Assembly (NCBI GenBank): GCA_949292175.1
Contig: CASEYJ010000006.1
Location: forward strand, 13,387 to 77,386
DNA: 64,000 nucleotides
Direction of reading: 5' to 3'
Source of the DNA: an uncultured bacterium
GTDB lineage: Bacteria > Cyanobacteriota > Vampirovibrionia > Gastranaerophilales > Gastranaerophilaceae
Made by a program: the position numbers and the translations under genes
The notes under the pieces: model-generated
Seen by the model: only the letters and a program-made list of their open reading frames with translations
Database searches by the model: none
Told to the model about the DNA's origin: nothing
Shown here: piece after piece, positions 52,926-61,736 of the stretch
Position numbering within the stretch: position 1 is the first letter of the stretch
Layout: each line of letters opens with the position of its first letter

Positions 52926-55356
52926 TTGTAATCTCGTTTTCAAGTTTTTCAAATTCTTCAAACCCAAGTCTTACCTTCAAATCTTGAATTCTTGTTTCAA
53001 CTCTTTGTCTGTTTTCAAGAGTTGTTTTTTCATCCAGATGATTAAGTGCTGTCAGGTATGATTTGAGTGCAGTTTTGTAGTCTTTTTGGGTAATACAAAA
53101 ATCACCAAAATCAATGTTTGACAATACTATATAATAAGCTTCTTGGAGTTCTTTTGCAGTTTTTATAGCTTTGTCGAAATATTCAGAAGCTATGTTTGGT
53201 TCTTTTCTCTTATACAATTGCGCAAGTTTTGATGAGGATATATAAATTCCGCTCAAATTTTTGTTGAGCTCATCAATTTTTATGCTTTCTTTGTAATATT
53301 TTATCGCAAGTTCTTTGGCTCCCGTATCATCAAAAATCATCGCAAGATTTGTCATTGCGGACGAAATATATGGATTGTCTTTTGTTATATCAATACATCT
53401 TTTGTATAACTTTATTGCAGTTTCTGTTTCGTCTATGTCATCACATATAGCTCCGAATTTGAAATATAATTCTGCAAGCAGTTTCTTGTTTATTCCAGGT
53501 TCTATTAATTCAAATGCATTTTTATAGTTCAAATATGCAGATCGGATATCATCATTGCAGAGGTTTGCAAGGGCAAGGTGTGCTCTTATTTTTATCTCAG
53601 CTGAGATATTTTCTTTAGATGACAGGATGTCATTTAAGATTAATTTTGCTTTGTCGTGTTTGTAGGTTATATAGAAGATGTTTGCAATTTTTAGTCGAAT
53701 TTCGTTTAGCTTTTCGACATCTTCCGCATTTTTAAAGTAATCGAACGCCAAGTCATAATATTTTAGAGCATTAAACCAATCTGAAATTTGCTCATAACAT
53801 TTTGCAACTTTAGGGTATATTCTGGAAATCATTGAAGGGAAGTTGTCATCATCCTTCATTGTTAGTGCCATTTGATAAAATGCAAGAGCTTTTTTGTAGT
53901 TGAAGTTCTTTTCTTCTGTGTTGGCTCTGTTGATGATTTCCATAAATGGAAGCTTTGTTTCTTCCGGGGTCAAAACTTTGTTTGAGTAATCAATATATCT
54001 GTTTATGGAATTCGCAATTCCTGTCATAATTTTGGCTTCGTCTTCTTCGGAGTCAAATATAAATGAAATGTTTTTAATCTTTTCTTCCTTAGTTTGGGAT
54101 TCTTCCACATTTTCTTTTTCAGTATTCATTACATCTGATGCTGTGTAATTTTGATTAGAGTCTGCTGTATATTCAAGCGCTTCAACTGCTGTTTCTCCGA
54201 GTGTCTTGAATTGCGGTTTTTTCGGGATAAATAATGTATGATATTCTATTTCAGAGCGCATTGTTTGTCTTGAGATAAGTAAATCTCTTTCAAAAGGTTT
54301 TAGAGGTAATTGCGTTGAATACAAGTCAACACAAGCTTTGTGCAATTTTATTGCTACGTTCTCAGGGATCGAATTTGCAGAGATATCTTTATAATAATCT
54401 TGCAGATAAATCATATCCTTTTCCTTTGATAGGAGAAGGTTACGTAGGAAAAAGTTTATTCTTTCCTCGTTATAAAGATTTATGGTTTTAAGAAGCTTTA
54501 TGCTGATAGGATGTCTTAAAACTGTAAGTAGTCTGAAAAGATGTCCGCTCACAGGATCAACGAAAGCCAGAACTTCTCTCAAAATAAAATCATTGTATGA
54601 CAAAAAGCTTTTTGTATATCCGTCCAGAAAATCGATTAGAGTTAAATTGTGCGCGTTGATAATTTGGGTCGTAAGTCTTGTGTAGAGATAATACCCGCGT
54701 GTGTGTTTGTATAGTTCATCCGATACAGGTCCAATATTTTTTATGCCTTCTGCGCGCAGGTATTTCTCAAAAATACCTTTTTCCAGTGCAAGAATTGTTG
54801 TTCTGTCAAATTCAATTTTATCCGTAAAATCTTCATAATTAAATGTTCTTGCGACGATTATCGTTTTTAGATTTTCCTTTTTAGAAAGGTGAAAGATAAA
54901 GTCCAGAATTTCTTGTTTATTATTTTTTAATACGCTTTCAAAAGAGTTTAATACAATAAGTACCGGCAAATTAATACTGTTGAAATAAGATGCAATCTTT
55001 TGTGTGAAGTTTTCGCTTCTGACTTTTGGCTGTTGGATAATTTCTCTCATCGTAAGATTTTTAAAGTCTTCAAAAAACGATAAAAGAATATCGTCCAAGA
55101 TAGTTGTTTCAAAACAATTGTATTCCAGTACTATCGTGTTTTGTGCTAAAAATTTTAGTGAATGATTAATTATCTGGGTTTTTCCGGTACCCATAAAGCC
55201 GTTGACAAGAAAGAGCGGTGTTTTACTTCTATAAAAATTATAAATTTTTTCCAGTTGCTTTTTATTGTTCTCAAGTAAAAATTGATTAATTCCGCTTAAT
55301 TCTGTTTTTGTTAAATTTTTGTAGTCAAAATTCTCGTCAACAAACTGTGTTATCAT
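52918..55356 (-). CDS. P-loop NTPase (AAA/STAND-like) with C-terminal TPR array (812 aa)
   Basis: Walker A GFMGTGKT (55177-55200), Walker-B-like PVLIVLNSFE, a helical middle region, and >=7 TPR-like units over about aa 480-800. Confidence 0.75.
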   Translation of the reverse strand: MITQFVDENFDYKNLTKTELSGINQFLLENNKKQLEKIYNFYRSKTPLFLVNGFMGTGKTQIINHSLKFLAQNTIVLEYNCFETTILDDILLSFFEDFKNLTMREIIQQPKVRSENFTQKIASYFNSINLPVLIVLNSFESVLKNNKQEILDFIFHLSKKENLKTIIVARTFNYEDFTDKIEFDRTTILALEKGIFEKYLRAEGIKNIGPVSDELYKHTRGYYLYTRLTTQIINAHNLTLIDFLDGYTKSFLSYNDFILREVLAFVDPVSGHLFRLLTVLRHPISIKLLKTINLYNEERINFFLRNLLLSKEKDMIYLQDYYKDISANSIPENVAIKLHKACVDLYSTQLPLKPFERDLLISRQTMRSEIEYHTLFIPKKPQFKTLGETAVEALEYTADSNQNYTASDVMNTEKENVEESQTKEEKIKNISFIFDSEEDEAKIMTGIANSINRYIDYSNKVLTPEETKLPFMEIINRANTEEKNFNYKKALAFYQMALTMKDDDNFPSMISRIYPKVAKCYEQISDWFNALKYYDLAFDYFKNAEDVEKLNEIRLKIANIFYITYKHDKAKLILNDILSSKENISAEIKIRAHLALANLCNDDIRSAYLNYKNAFELIEPGINKKLLAELYFKFGAICDDIDETETAIKLYKRCIDITKDNPYISSAMTNLAMIFDDTGAKELAIKYYKESIKIDELNKNLSGIYISSSKLAQLYKRKEPNIASEYFDKAIKTAKELQEAYYIVLSNIDFGDFCITQKDYKTALKSYLTALNHLDEKTTLENRQRVETRIQDLKVRLGFEEFEKLENEITNG

Positions 55357-55462
55357 ATCGTAATATTACCTGATTTTTTAATATTTTGCAAATTTTAATT
55401 TAATAATTTGCCAAAACAAATATTTTTATAGTAAAATAAGAGTAGTGATACAAGGGGAATTT

Positions 55463-55567
55463 ATGGAATTTTTTAGAAAACACCAAAAGGCAATTATTCT
55501 TATAATAGCAATTACTTTTATTGCTTGGACAGTAGGTCTAATGATGTTGCCTCTTGTTATTAGATAG
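55463..55567 (+). CDS. Possible 34-aa single-TM peptide (or gene remnant)
   Basis: ATG 55463 preceded by AAGGGGA. Sequence MEFFRKHQKAIILIIAITFIAWTVGLMMLPLVIR. Below the ORF-track length cut-off. Confidence 0.3.
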   Translation: MEFFRKHQKAIILIIAITFIAWTVGLMMLPLVIR

Positions 55568-56723
55568 GTATATAGTGGATACAAACAGACTAGTGAGAAA
55601 ATTATTTATAGCTACTCTTACGGCATTTATTCTATTTATGGGAATGCCGCAGGTCGGTTTTTGTTCAAATGCCTCTATAAAACAAAAATTGCAACATAAC
55701 CAAGTTAAAATTAAATCAACCAGAGAGAAAATTCATACTCTTAAGGTAAAAGAGCAGCAGGAAAAAAGCAAACTTGTAAGAAACCAGAGAAAGCTTGAAA
55801 CAACAGCTTCAAATCTTGAGGCATCAAAGCAAAAATATTCTACGATGGATGCAAAGCTTCGAGAGATGGAAGATAAATATGCTGTTGCGAGCAGAGAATT
55901 TAATAATGTTGATGCGCTTATTAAAAATCGTATAAGACACGTCTATAAAACTCAAAGAACAGGGATGTTCGATTTGATTTTTAAGGCAAAAGACCTTAAT
56001 GCGATGCTTGATGTAATCTATTTTGAAAGAATAGTCATAAGAAATGATTACAGACATATGATGGTGTTAAAGATGCGTGCAGCTAAACTTGCAAAAATGA
56101 GAGCTGATATTGAAGCTCAGAAGAGATATCTTGCACAATCAATTGAAGAAATAAATTATCAACAAAAATCAATACAAAAAGCAATTGCTCAGAATCAAAG
56201 TATGATTAATCGCTTGAAAACTGACCGTGCTGCGTATGAACGTTCCGAAAGAGAGCTTGCTCGTCAGTCAGAAAGTCTTCAAGCAATGTTGAGCAGTAAT
56301 TACAGCCACTCTACGGTAAGAATTACTTCCACCGGTTTTATGAAACCGATAGGTGGAAGAATTACTTCTCCATTTGGTTGGAGAACTCACCCGATATTTA
56401 AGAGTCGTACCTTCCACTCAGGAATTGATATCGGTGGCCCAAATTATGGTAATATTCGCGCTTCAAATTCGGGCAGAGTTATTTATACAGGCTGGTATGG
56501 CGGGTATGGAAAAGTTGTTATTATCGACCATGGTGTCGTAAATAACAAGCCTACAACTACACTTTATGCGCATATGTCTTCTATTACAGTAAGAAATGGA
56601 CAGAATGTAAATAAGGGACAGGTAATTGGTCACGAAGGTACTACCGGATATAGTACAGGACCTCATTGCCATTTCGAAGTAAGAATAAATGGAAAACCTA
56701 ATAATCCGTTGAATTATATCTAA
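55554..56723 (+). CDS. M23-family peptidoglycan metalloendopeptidase with N-terminal coiled-coil (EnvC-like architecture)
   Basis: HSGIDIG (HxxxD), GYGKVVIIDHG and GPHCHFEV (HxH) catalytic motifs, plus a long Q/K/E-rich coiled-coil. Start uncertain: TTG 55554 per track, or in-frame GTG 55593 just before the signal-like VRKLFIATLTAFILF. Confidence 0.85.
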   Translation: MLLDRYIVDTNRLVRKLFIATLTAFILFMGMPQVGFCSNASIKQKLQHNQVKIKSTREKIHTLKVKEQQEKSKLVRNQRKLETTASNLEASKQKYSTMDAKLREMEDKYAVASREFNNVDALIKNRIRHVYKTQRTGMFDLIFKAKDLNAMLDVIYFERIVIRNDYRHMMVLKMRAAKLAKMRADIEAQKRYLAQSIEEINYQQKSIQKAIAQNQSMINRLKTDRAAYERSERELARQSESLQAMLSSNYSHSTVRITSTGFMKPIGGRITSPFGWRTHPIFKSRTFHSGIDIGGPNYGNIRASNSGRVIYTGWYGGYGKVVIIDHGVVNNKPTTTLYAHMSSITVRNGQNVNKGQVIGHEGTTGYSTGPHCHFEVRINGKPNNPLNYI

Positions 56724-56736
56724 TAAGGAATCTGTT

Positions 56737-59067
56737 TTGAAAAAGTTAGCTTTTATATCTTTGATATCTTTAATGATGTGTTGTGTTCCTGCGAATGCAG
56801 AAATTATCCGTAATGCTGACTTTTATGAGGGAAATGAACTTGAAGCTCAACAACAGAATTTCTTCGAAAATGCAACGATGGATTCTGTTAACCTTAAAAA
56901 AAATGAAGTGATTCATACTGATGAAGATTTTGATGGTTCTGCTATGCAGTATTCTGATGGAAGCGGCGGGGATGGGCCTCAGACTAAAGGGGTACCTTTG
57001 TTTAAAAAGTATCGTATAAAGTTGATGAATTACTATCGTACAAAGGCCTATGAAGAAGCACAAAAAGTTCTGAAAGAAGAAAAAGAACTTCAATTAAAAG
57101 AACAAAATGAAGATTTATATGGTGATATTGACGATGAGGAACTCGAAGAATTAACCAATAGAAATCTTAAAAAGGTCTATAAAAATGAAGATAATGAAGA
57201 AGTAAAAGTCTCAGCTTTCCAAAAGTTTAAGGGTATATTTAAACGTAAAAAAAATGAGGAACCTAAAGTTGAAGAAGTCAAAGACAATGCTACTCCGGAA
57301 AGTGATGAGGTTGAACTGTCTGGTGGCGTAAAAGAGGTTGTAGCACAAAATGATATCGTTCTTGATTGTGACAAGATGAATTACGATGATGCAACTTTTG
57401 AATTGGAGGCTACCGGTAATCCTGTTTTGTCGTTTCCTCCTCAGGGTGTAACAATCAAGGCAGACAAACTTGTTTATAATACTGAAAGTAATATCATAAA
57501 AGCTTACGGTAATGTAGAGATTATCAAAGACGGATCTCCTATATATGGGGATTATATCCAGATAAATATGAATGATGAAACAGCCATAGTTAAAAATATG
57601 GAAGCAAGTAAGATGAATATGCTTATTAATGCGAAAAATGTAACTGCGGCTGAAGACACGATAGTTCTTGAAGATGGTTCAATGATCGGTAATAAAAGCT
57701 ATAAATTGATTTTGAGATCAAGAATGATTGGACCTCGTCTTGAGCAAATGATGATTCCAGAAGATGAAACATCTACTGCTGTTGGCAAAGATGGTTTAAA
57801 GGTAAAGGTTAAGGCTGAAGAAATTTATGTAACAGCAAAAAAAGACCACGATGTTGTAAGTGTAAAGAACGCTGATATTTACTATTTAGATAATCATATA
57901 ATGCGTATTGGCAACTTTACAGCACACACTAATAAAAATCACGAATATGTCGAAGCAAATTATCCCGAATTAGGTTCAAAACCAAGAATAGGTATGTTTG
58001 CTGGTCCAGGTTTTGTTTTTGATGCTCCATTTGGTGGCGGAACTTTAAAATTGATTCCGTTTTTGAACTATAAGAATGAAATAGGTGTAGGTGCCGGCTT
58101 GAAATACAGAAGTGGTACAAACTACACCGAAGCATATTATGGTTCTGCAGCGAATATCTTTTTATTAAAGGGTAGGCAGTTCTTAGACGATCGTTTATAC
58201 TTGCAATATGGTGTAAATTCTTACCTTGAAGATTGGTGGATGGGTAGTGGTATGTCAAAATACCAATTGGAAGCAATTTACAGAGATTCTGCTACTATCC
58301 CGAATACTTTGGGTAAATATTCTGCGCAATTTAGGCAGAGAATTTCTGCAGGTTATATACAGGATACCGATTATAACAGAAAAAATGAAGCTCTAGCTTC
58401 AAATGAGATGGGTACAACAAGGTTCAAGTATATGGCCGAACTTGCTCAGAATTTGTATGGGTATACGAATGAAGAAAAACTTATTCAGGCAAATTTATCT
58501 TGGGTATTGCAAGGTAGTGCCGCTTTATATGGTACAGGTGATACACAATTTGTAGGTAGAACAGGTCCGGCAATTCATACGCAATATAAACGTTGGATGC
58601 AGGATGTAGGATATTTCTTGTCTGCGTACGATGATAATACTCCGCTTCCAATTTTTGATACATACCGTTATGGTCGGTCTATTGTTTATGCGAGAGAGTC
58701 TTATAGGGTAAATAAGTATTTGACATTATCTTGGGTTGCGGCGGCTAATTTATCAAATGATTCTCCAAACGGTAAAATGCTCCAAGAAAACGGATTTTAT
58801 CTTGCTTTAGGTCCGGATGATTTAAAATTGATGATAGGGTATGATTCAATTCGTGAGCAAACAGTTTTCTTATTTACGACTGCTCTTGATATGAAGGGTA
58901 CTCACGTTGATTATAAGAAAATGGTAATCAAAAATCCTGAAAGATTGTCACGTGATGATTCTGAAAAGGTTGAACTTGTTAATTTTGATCAACAAGAACC
59001 TCAAAAAGTTAAGAGAACTCACGCAGAGGTAATAGAAATAGAAGATCCTAATAGAGAACAGTTATAA
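56737..59067 (+). CDS. lptD: LptD/OstA-like outer-membrane protein
   Basis: Signal peptide MKKLAFISLISLMMCCVPANA and an OstA-type N-domain (LDCDKMNYDDATFELEATGNPVLSFPPQGVTIKADKLVYNTESNIIKAYGNVEIIKDGSPIYGDYIQINM). The large Tyr/Gly/Asn-rich C-terminal region is consistent with a beta-barrel. TTG start after AAGGAA. Confidence 0.65.
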   Translation: MKKLAFISLISLMMCCVPANAEIIRNADFYEGNELEAQQQNFFENATMDSVNLKKNEVIHTDEDFDGSAMQYSDGSGGDGPQTKGVPLFKKYRIKLMNYYRTKAYEEAQKVLKEEKELQLKEQNEDLYGDIDDEELEELTNRNLKKVYKNEDNEEVKVSAFQKFKGIFKRKKNEEPKVEEVKDNATPESDEVELSGGVKEVVAQNDIVLDCDKMNYDDATFELEATGNPVLSFPPQGVTIKADKLVYNTESNIIKAYGNVEIIKDGSPIYGDYIQINMNDETAIVKNMEASKMNMLINAKNVTAAEDTIVLEDGSMIGNKSYKLILRSRMIGPRLEQMMIPEDETSTAVGKDGLKVKVKAEEIYVTAKKDHDVVSVKNADIYYLDNHIMRIGNFTAHTNKNHEYVEANYPELGSKPRIGMFAGPGFVFDAPFGGGTLKLIPFLNYKNEIGVGAGLKYRSGTNYTEAYYGSAANIFLLKGRQFLDDRLYLQYGVNSYLEDWWMGSGMSKYQLEAIYRDSATIPNTLGKYSAQFRQRISAGYIQDTDYNRKNEALASNEMGTTRFKYMAELAQNLYGYTNEEKLIQANLSWVLQGSAALYGTGDTQFVGRTGPAIHTQYKRWMQDVGYFLSAYDDNTPLPIFDTYRYGRSIVYARESYRVNKYLTLSWVAAANLSNDSPNGKMLQENGFYLALGPDDLKLMIGYDSIREQTVFLFTTALDMKGTHVDYKKMVIKNPERLSRDDSEKVELVNFDQQEPQKVKRTHAEVIEIEDPNREQL

Positions 59068-59699
59068 TGAAAACAATTAATGAATTAAAACAAGAAATAA
59101 TTACATATGGAAAACTTGCAGAGGCAAAGGATTTGACTCCTGGGGTATCAGGAAACATGTCTGCAAGGTTTGGCGATAAAATATTAATAACATCTTCAGG
59201 TTCTGCTAACGGATATTTAAGTGAAGATGATTTTGCATTAATTGATTACGACGGGAATGTTGTTGAGGGTGATAAAAAACCTTCCAGTGAAAAGCTTCTT
59301 CACTGTGCCTTTTATCGTATGAGAGAGGATATAAATTACATTATTCATATGCACAGCCCGTATTTGAGCTCATTTGCGTCTGCCGGAGTGGCATTGGATG
59401 AGCCTATTATGGCTGAAAATGTATTTTATTTTGGTAAAATTCCGCTTGCAGAATACGGTATGCCTTCATCTGTTGATTTGGTTGAGAAAACAGCAATGTA
59501 TTTTAATGAATATGATGCAGTGCTTATGGCAAATCACGGATTTATAGTGGGTAGCCGTGATATCAAAGATGCATTTTTGAAGCTTACACTTGCAGAGTCT
59601 TATGCTCAAGTTGTGCTTAATACAAAGATTTTAGGCGGAGCAAAGATATTGAATGATGAGCAAGTAAAAGAGATTTACGACTTACGAAAAAAATTATAA
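59067..59699 (+). CDS. Class II aldolase/adducin-domain protein
   Basis: GVSGNMSAR, HMHSPY and ANHGFIVG motifs (zinc-dependent class II aldolase fold). Its start overlaps the lptD-like stop. Confidence 0.8.
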   Translation: MKTINELKQEIITYGKLAEAKDLTPGVSGNMSARFGDKILITSSGSANGYLSEDDFALIDYDGNVVEGDKKPSSEKLLHCAFYRMREDINYIIHMHSPYLSSFASAGVALDEPIMAENVFYFGKIPLAEYGMPSSVDLVEKTAMYFNEYDAVLMANHGFIVGSRDIKDAFLKLTLAESYAQVVLNTKILGGAKILNDEQVKEIYDLRKKL

Positions 59700-59718
59700 A
59701 AGAAAAGAGGATTATAAA

Positions 59719-60534
59719 GTGTCATTAGAATTAGAACATAAACAAGGATTGATAGCAGGAGACGGAACTTTACCGGTAAAGATGGCTCAATATGCTAAAG
59801 AAAACGGTTTTGAGGTAGTTTGTATTTCTTTGTCAAATGATAATCTGTCTCAGTTGAAAAAGTATTGCTCAAGAGTTTATTCTTGCCATCCAGGCGAAGT
59901 TAATAAGATTGAAAAAATTCTAAAGGACGAAGAATTAAAACAGGTAACTTTCTTAGGCAAAGTTCATAAGAGAGTTTTGTTGCAATTACATAAGTTTGAT
60001 GCAAGAGCAATAGAAATATTAAAGACAGTAAAACGTCTTAATGATGACGAAGTTATGTTGCTAATCGTAAATGAGTTTGAGAAAAACGGCATCCATGTAT
60101 TAGATCAAACAATATTCATCAAGAATCTCATGATACCGGCAGGTGTATTAGGAAAGCACAAGCCAACTGAAGCTCAGATGGAAGATGTAAATTATGGTTT
60201 TTGGCTTGCCAAAGAGATGGGTAAGATTGATGTTGGTCAGTCAGTAGTTATAAAAGATAAAATGGCGATGGCGGTTGAAGCTATTGAAGGTACTGATGTT
60301 TGTATAAAACGTGGTGCTAAACTTGCAAAGAGCGGAGCTTCTGTTGTTAAAGTTTCTAAACCTAAACAGGACAAGAGATTTGATATTCCTGCGGTTGGAT
60401 TGAGAACATTGAAAACTATGCGCAGATATAAGGCTTCTCTTTTGGCAGTGGAAGCGAATGAGACAATTATTGTTGATCAGGAAAAAGTTATAAAATATGC
60501 TGATGAGCATAATATAGTTCTTATGGCAGTGTAG
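59719..60534 (+). CDS. lpxI: UDP-2,3-diacylglucosamine diphosphatase LpxI (DUF1009 family)
   Basis: GLIAGDGTLP N-terminus, DVGQSVVIKDKMAMAVEAIEGTDVCIKRG, KPKQDKRFDIPAVG. Immediately upstream of lpxB. Confidence 0.8.
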   Translation: MSLELEHKQGLIAGDGTLPVKMAQYAKENGFEVVCISLSNDNLSQLKKYCSRVYSCHPGEVNKIEKILKDEELKQVTFLGKVHKRVLLQLHKFDARAIEILKTVKRLNDDEVMLLIVNEFEKNGIHVLDQTIFIKNLMIPAGVLGKHKPTEAQMEDVNYGFWLAKEMGKIDVGQSVVIKDKMAMAVEAIEGTDVCIKRGAKLAKSGASVVKVSKPKQDKRFDIPAVGLRTLKTMRRYKASLLAVEANETIIVDQEKVIKYADEHNIVLMAV

Positions 60535-60539
60535 GTGAT

Positions 60540-61667
60540 ATGAAAAAGATATTTATAATAACAGGAGATTATTCAGGCGATATCCATTCAAGCTGTGTCG
60601 TAAAATCATTACGCAGCAAGTATTCTGATGTGGAAATTGAAGGTGTTGGCGGTGAAAACTTGCGAGCAGCCGGGGTAAAACTTTTTGCAGATCAGAAAAA
60701 AATGGGTGTGATGGGAATTTCTCCTAAGATTATTCTCGATCACTTGGCATTGGGTAAAAGAGTAGTTGATTATATTACAAACGAGTATAAGCCGGATTTG
60801 GTTTTGCTTGTTGACTATGGTGGTTTTAACCTTAGAGTATCAAAGTTTTTAAAGCGTGCCGGGATTAAAGTTTTTTATTATATTCCTCCTCAAGTTTGGG
60901 CTAGTCGTAAATGGCGATTGAATACAATCAAAAAAAATGTTGACGAAGTTTTGTGTATATTCCCTTTTGAAGTGGAATTGTACAAGAGTCAAGGTATAAA
61001 AACTCATTACTGTGGTCATCCTCTAGTATCACAATTACCCCAAAAAGTAGACCGCAGAGAGTTTTTAATTGCTCACGGTCTTGATCCTGAAAGAAAATTG
61101 GTTTCAATTTTCCCAGGGTCAAGAGAGTTTGAGCTTAAAAATTTGGCTAAAGTTTTTGTCAAATCAGCAAAAGCATTACAGCGTAAACATCCTGAATTGC
61201 AATTTTGTATTTCTCATGCGCCAAATCTGTCAGATAGTGTTTATGAGAAATATTTTAAAGATGCAGATTTTAAGATTATTAAGGGTGAAAATCAAGCATT
61301 GTTAAGTGCTTCTGATGCTCTTATTTTGGCTTCAGGAACAGTTGCTCTTGAGGCTGCTCTTTATCAGACCCCAATGATTATTGCATATAGAGGACCTATT
61401 TTGTTCTACCTTATTTATTTGATGGTAAGATGCATTAATATGGTTTGCCTGCCAAACATTATAAGTGGAAAATTTATTGTTCCTGAAATTCTTGAGCATA
61501 ACGTTACTGTACATAAGATTTCTTATAATATTGAGAAACTTTTGTATGATAAGCAGGCACGAGAAACTCAAATTGCTCAGCTTGGCGGAGTTAAAGAACT
61601 TTTGTCCGATAAGGTTTCTTGTGATGAAGCTGCAAGAGTTATTGCTGAGGAATTACAATTAACATAA
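60540..61667 (+). CDS. lpxB: Lipid-A-disaccharide synthase
   Basis: ITGDYSGDIHSSCVV N-terminus, YIPPQVWASRKWR, SGTVALEAAL motifs. Confidence 0.9.
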   Translation: MKKIFIITGDYSGDIHSSCVVKSLRSKYSDVEIEGVGGENLRAAGVKLFADQKKMGVMGISPKIILDHLALGKRVVDYITNEYKPDLVLLVDYGGFNLRVSKFLKRAGIKVFYYIPPQVWASRKWRLNTIKKNVDEVLCIFPFEVELYKSQGIKTHYCGHPLVSQLPQKVDRREFLIAHGLDPERKLVSIFPGSREFELKNLAKVFVKSAKALQRKHPELQFCISHAPNLSDSVYEKYFKDADFKIIKGENQALLSASDALILASGTVALEAALYQTPMIIAYRGPILFYLIYLMVRCINMVCLPNIISGKFIVPEILEHNVTVHKISYNIEKLLYDKQARETQIAQLGGVKELLSDKVSCDEAARVIAEELQLT

Positions 61668-61736
61668 CTTAAAAAAATATTTAGATAGGGCAAATATTTT
61701 GTAATTAAAGTTTTTATTATAACAGAAGGTTTATTT

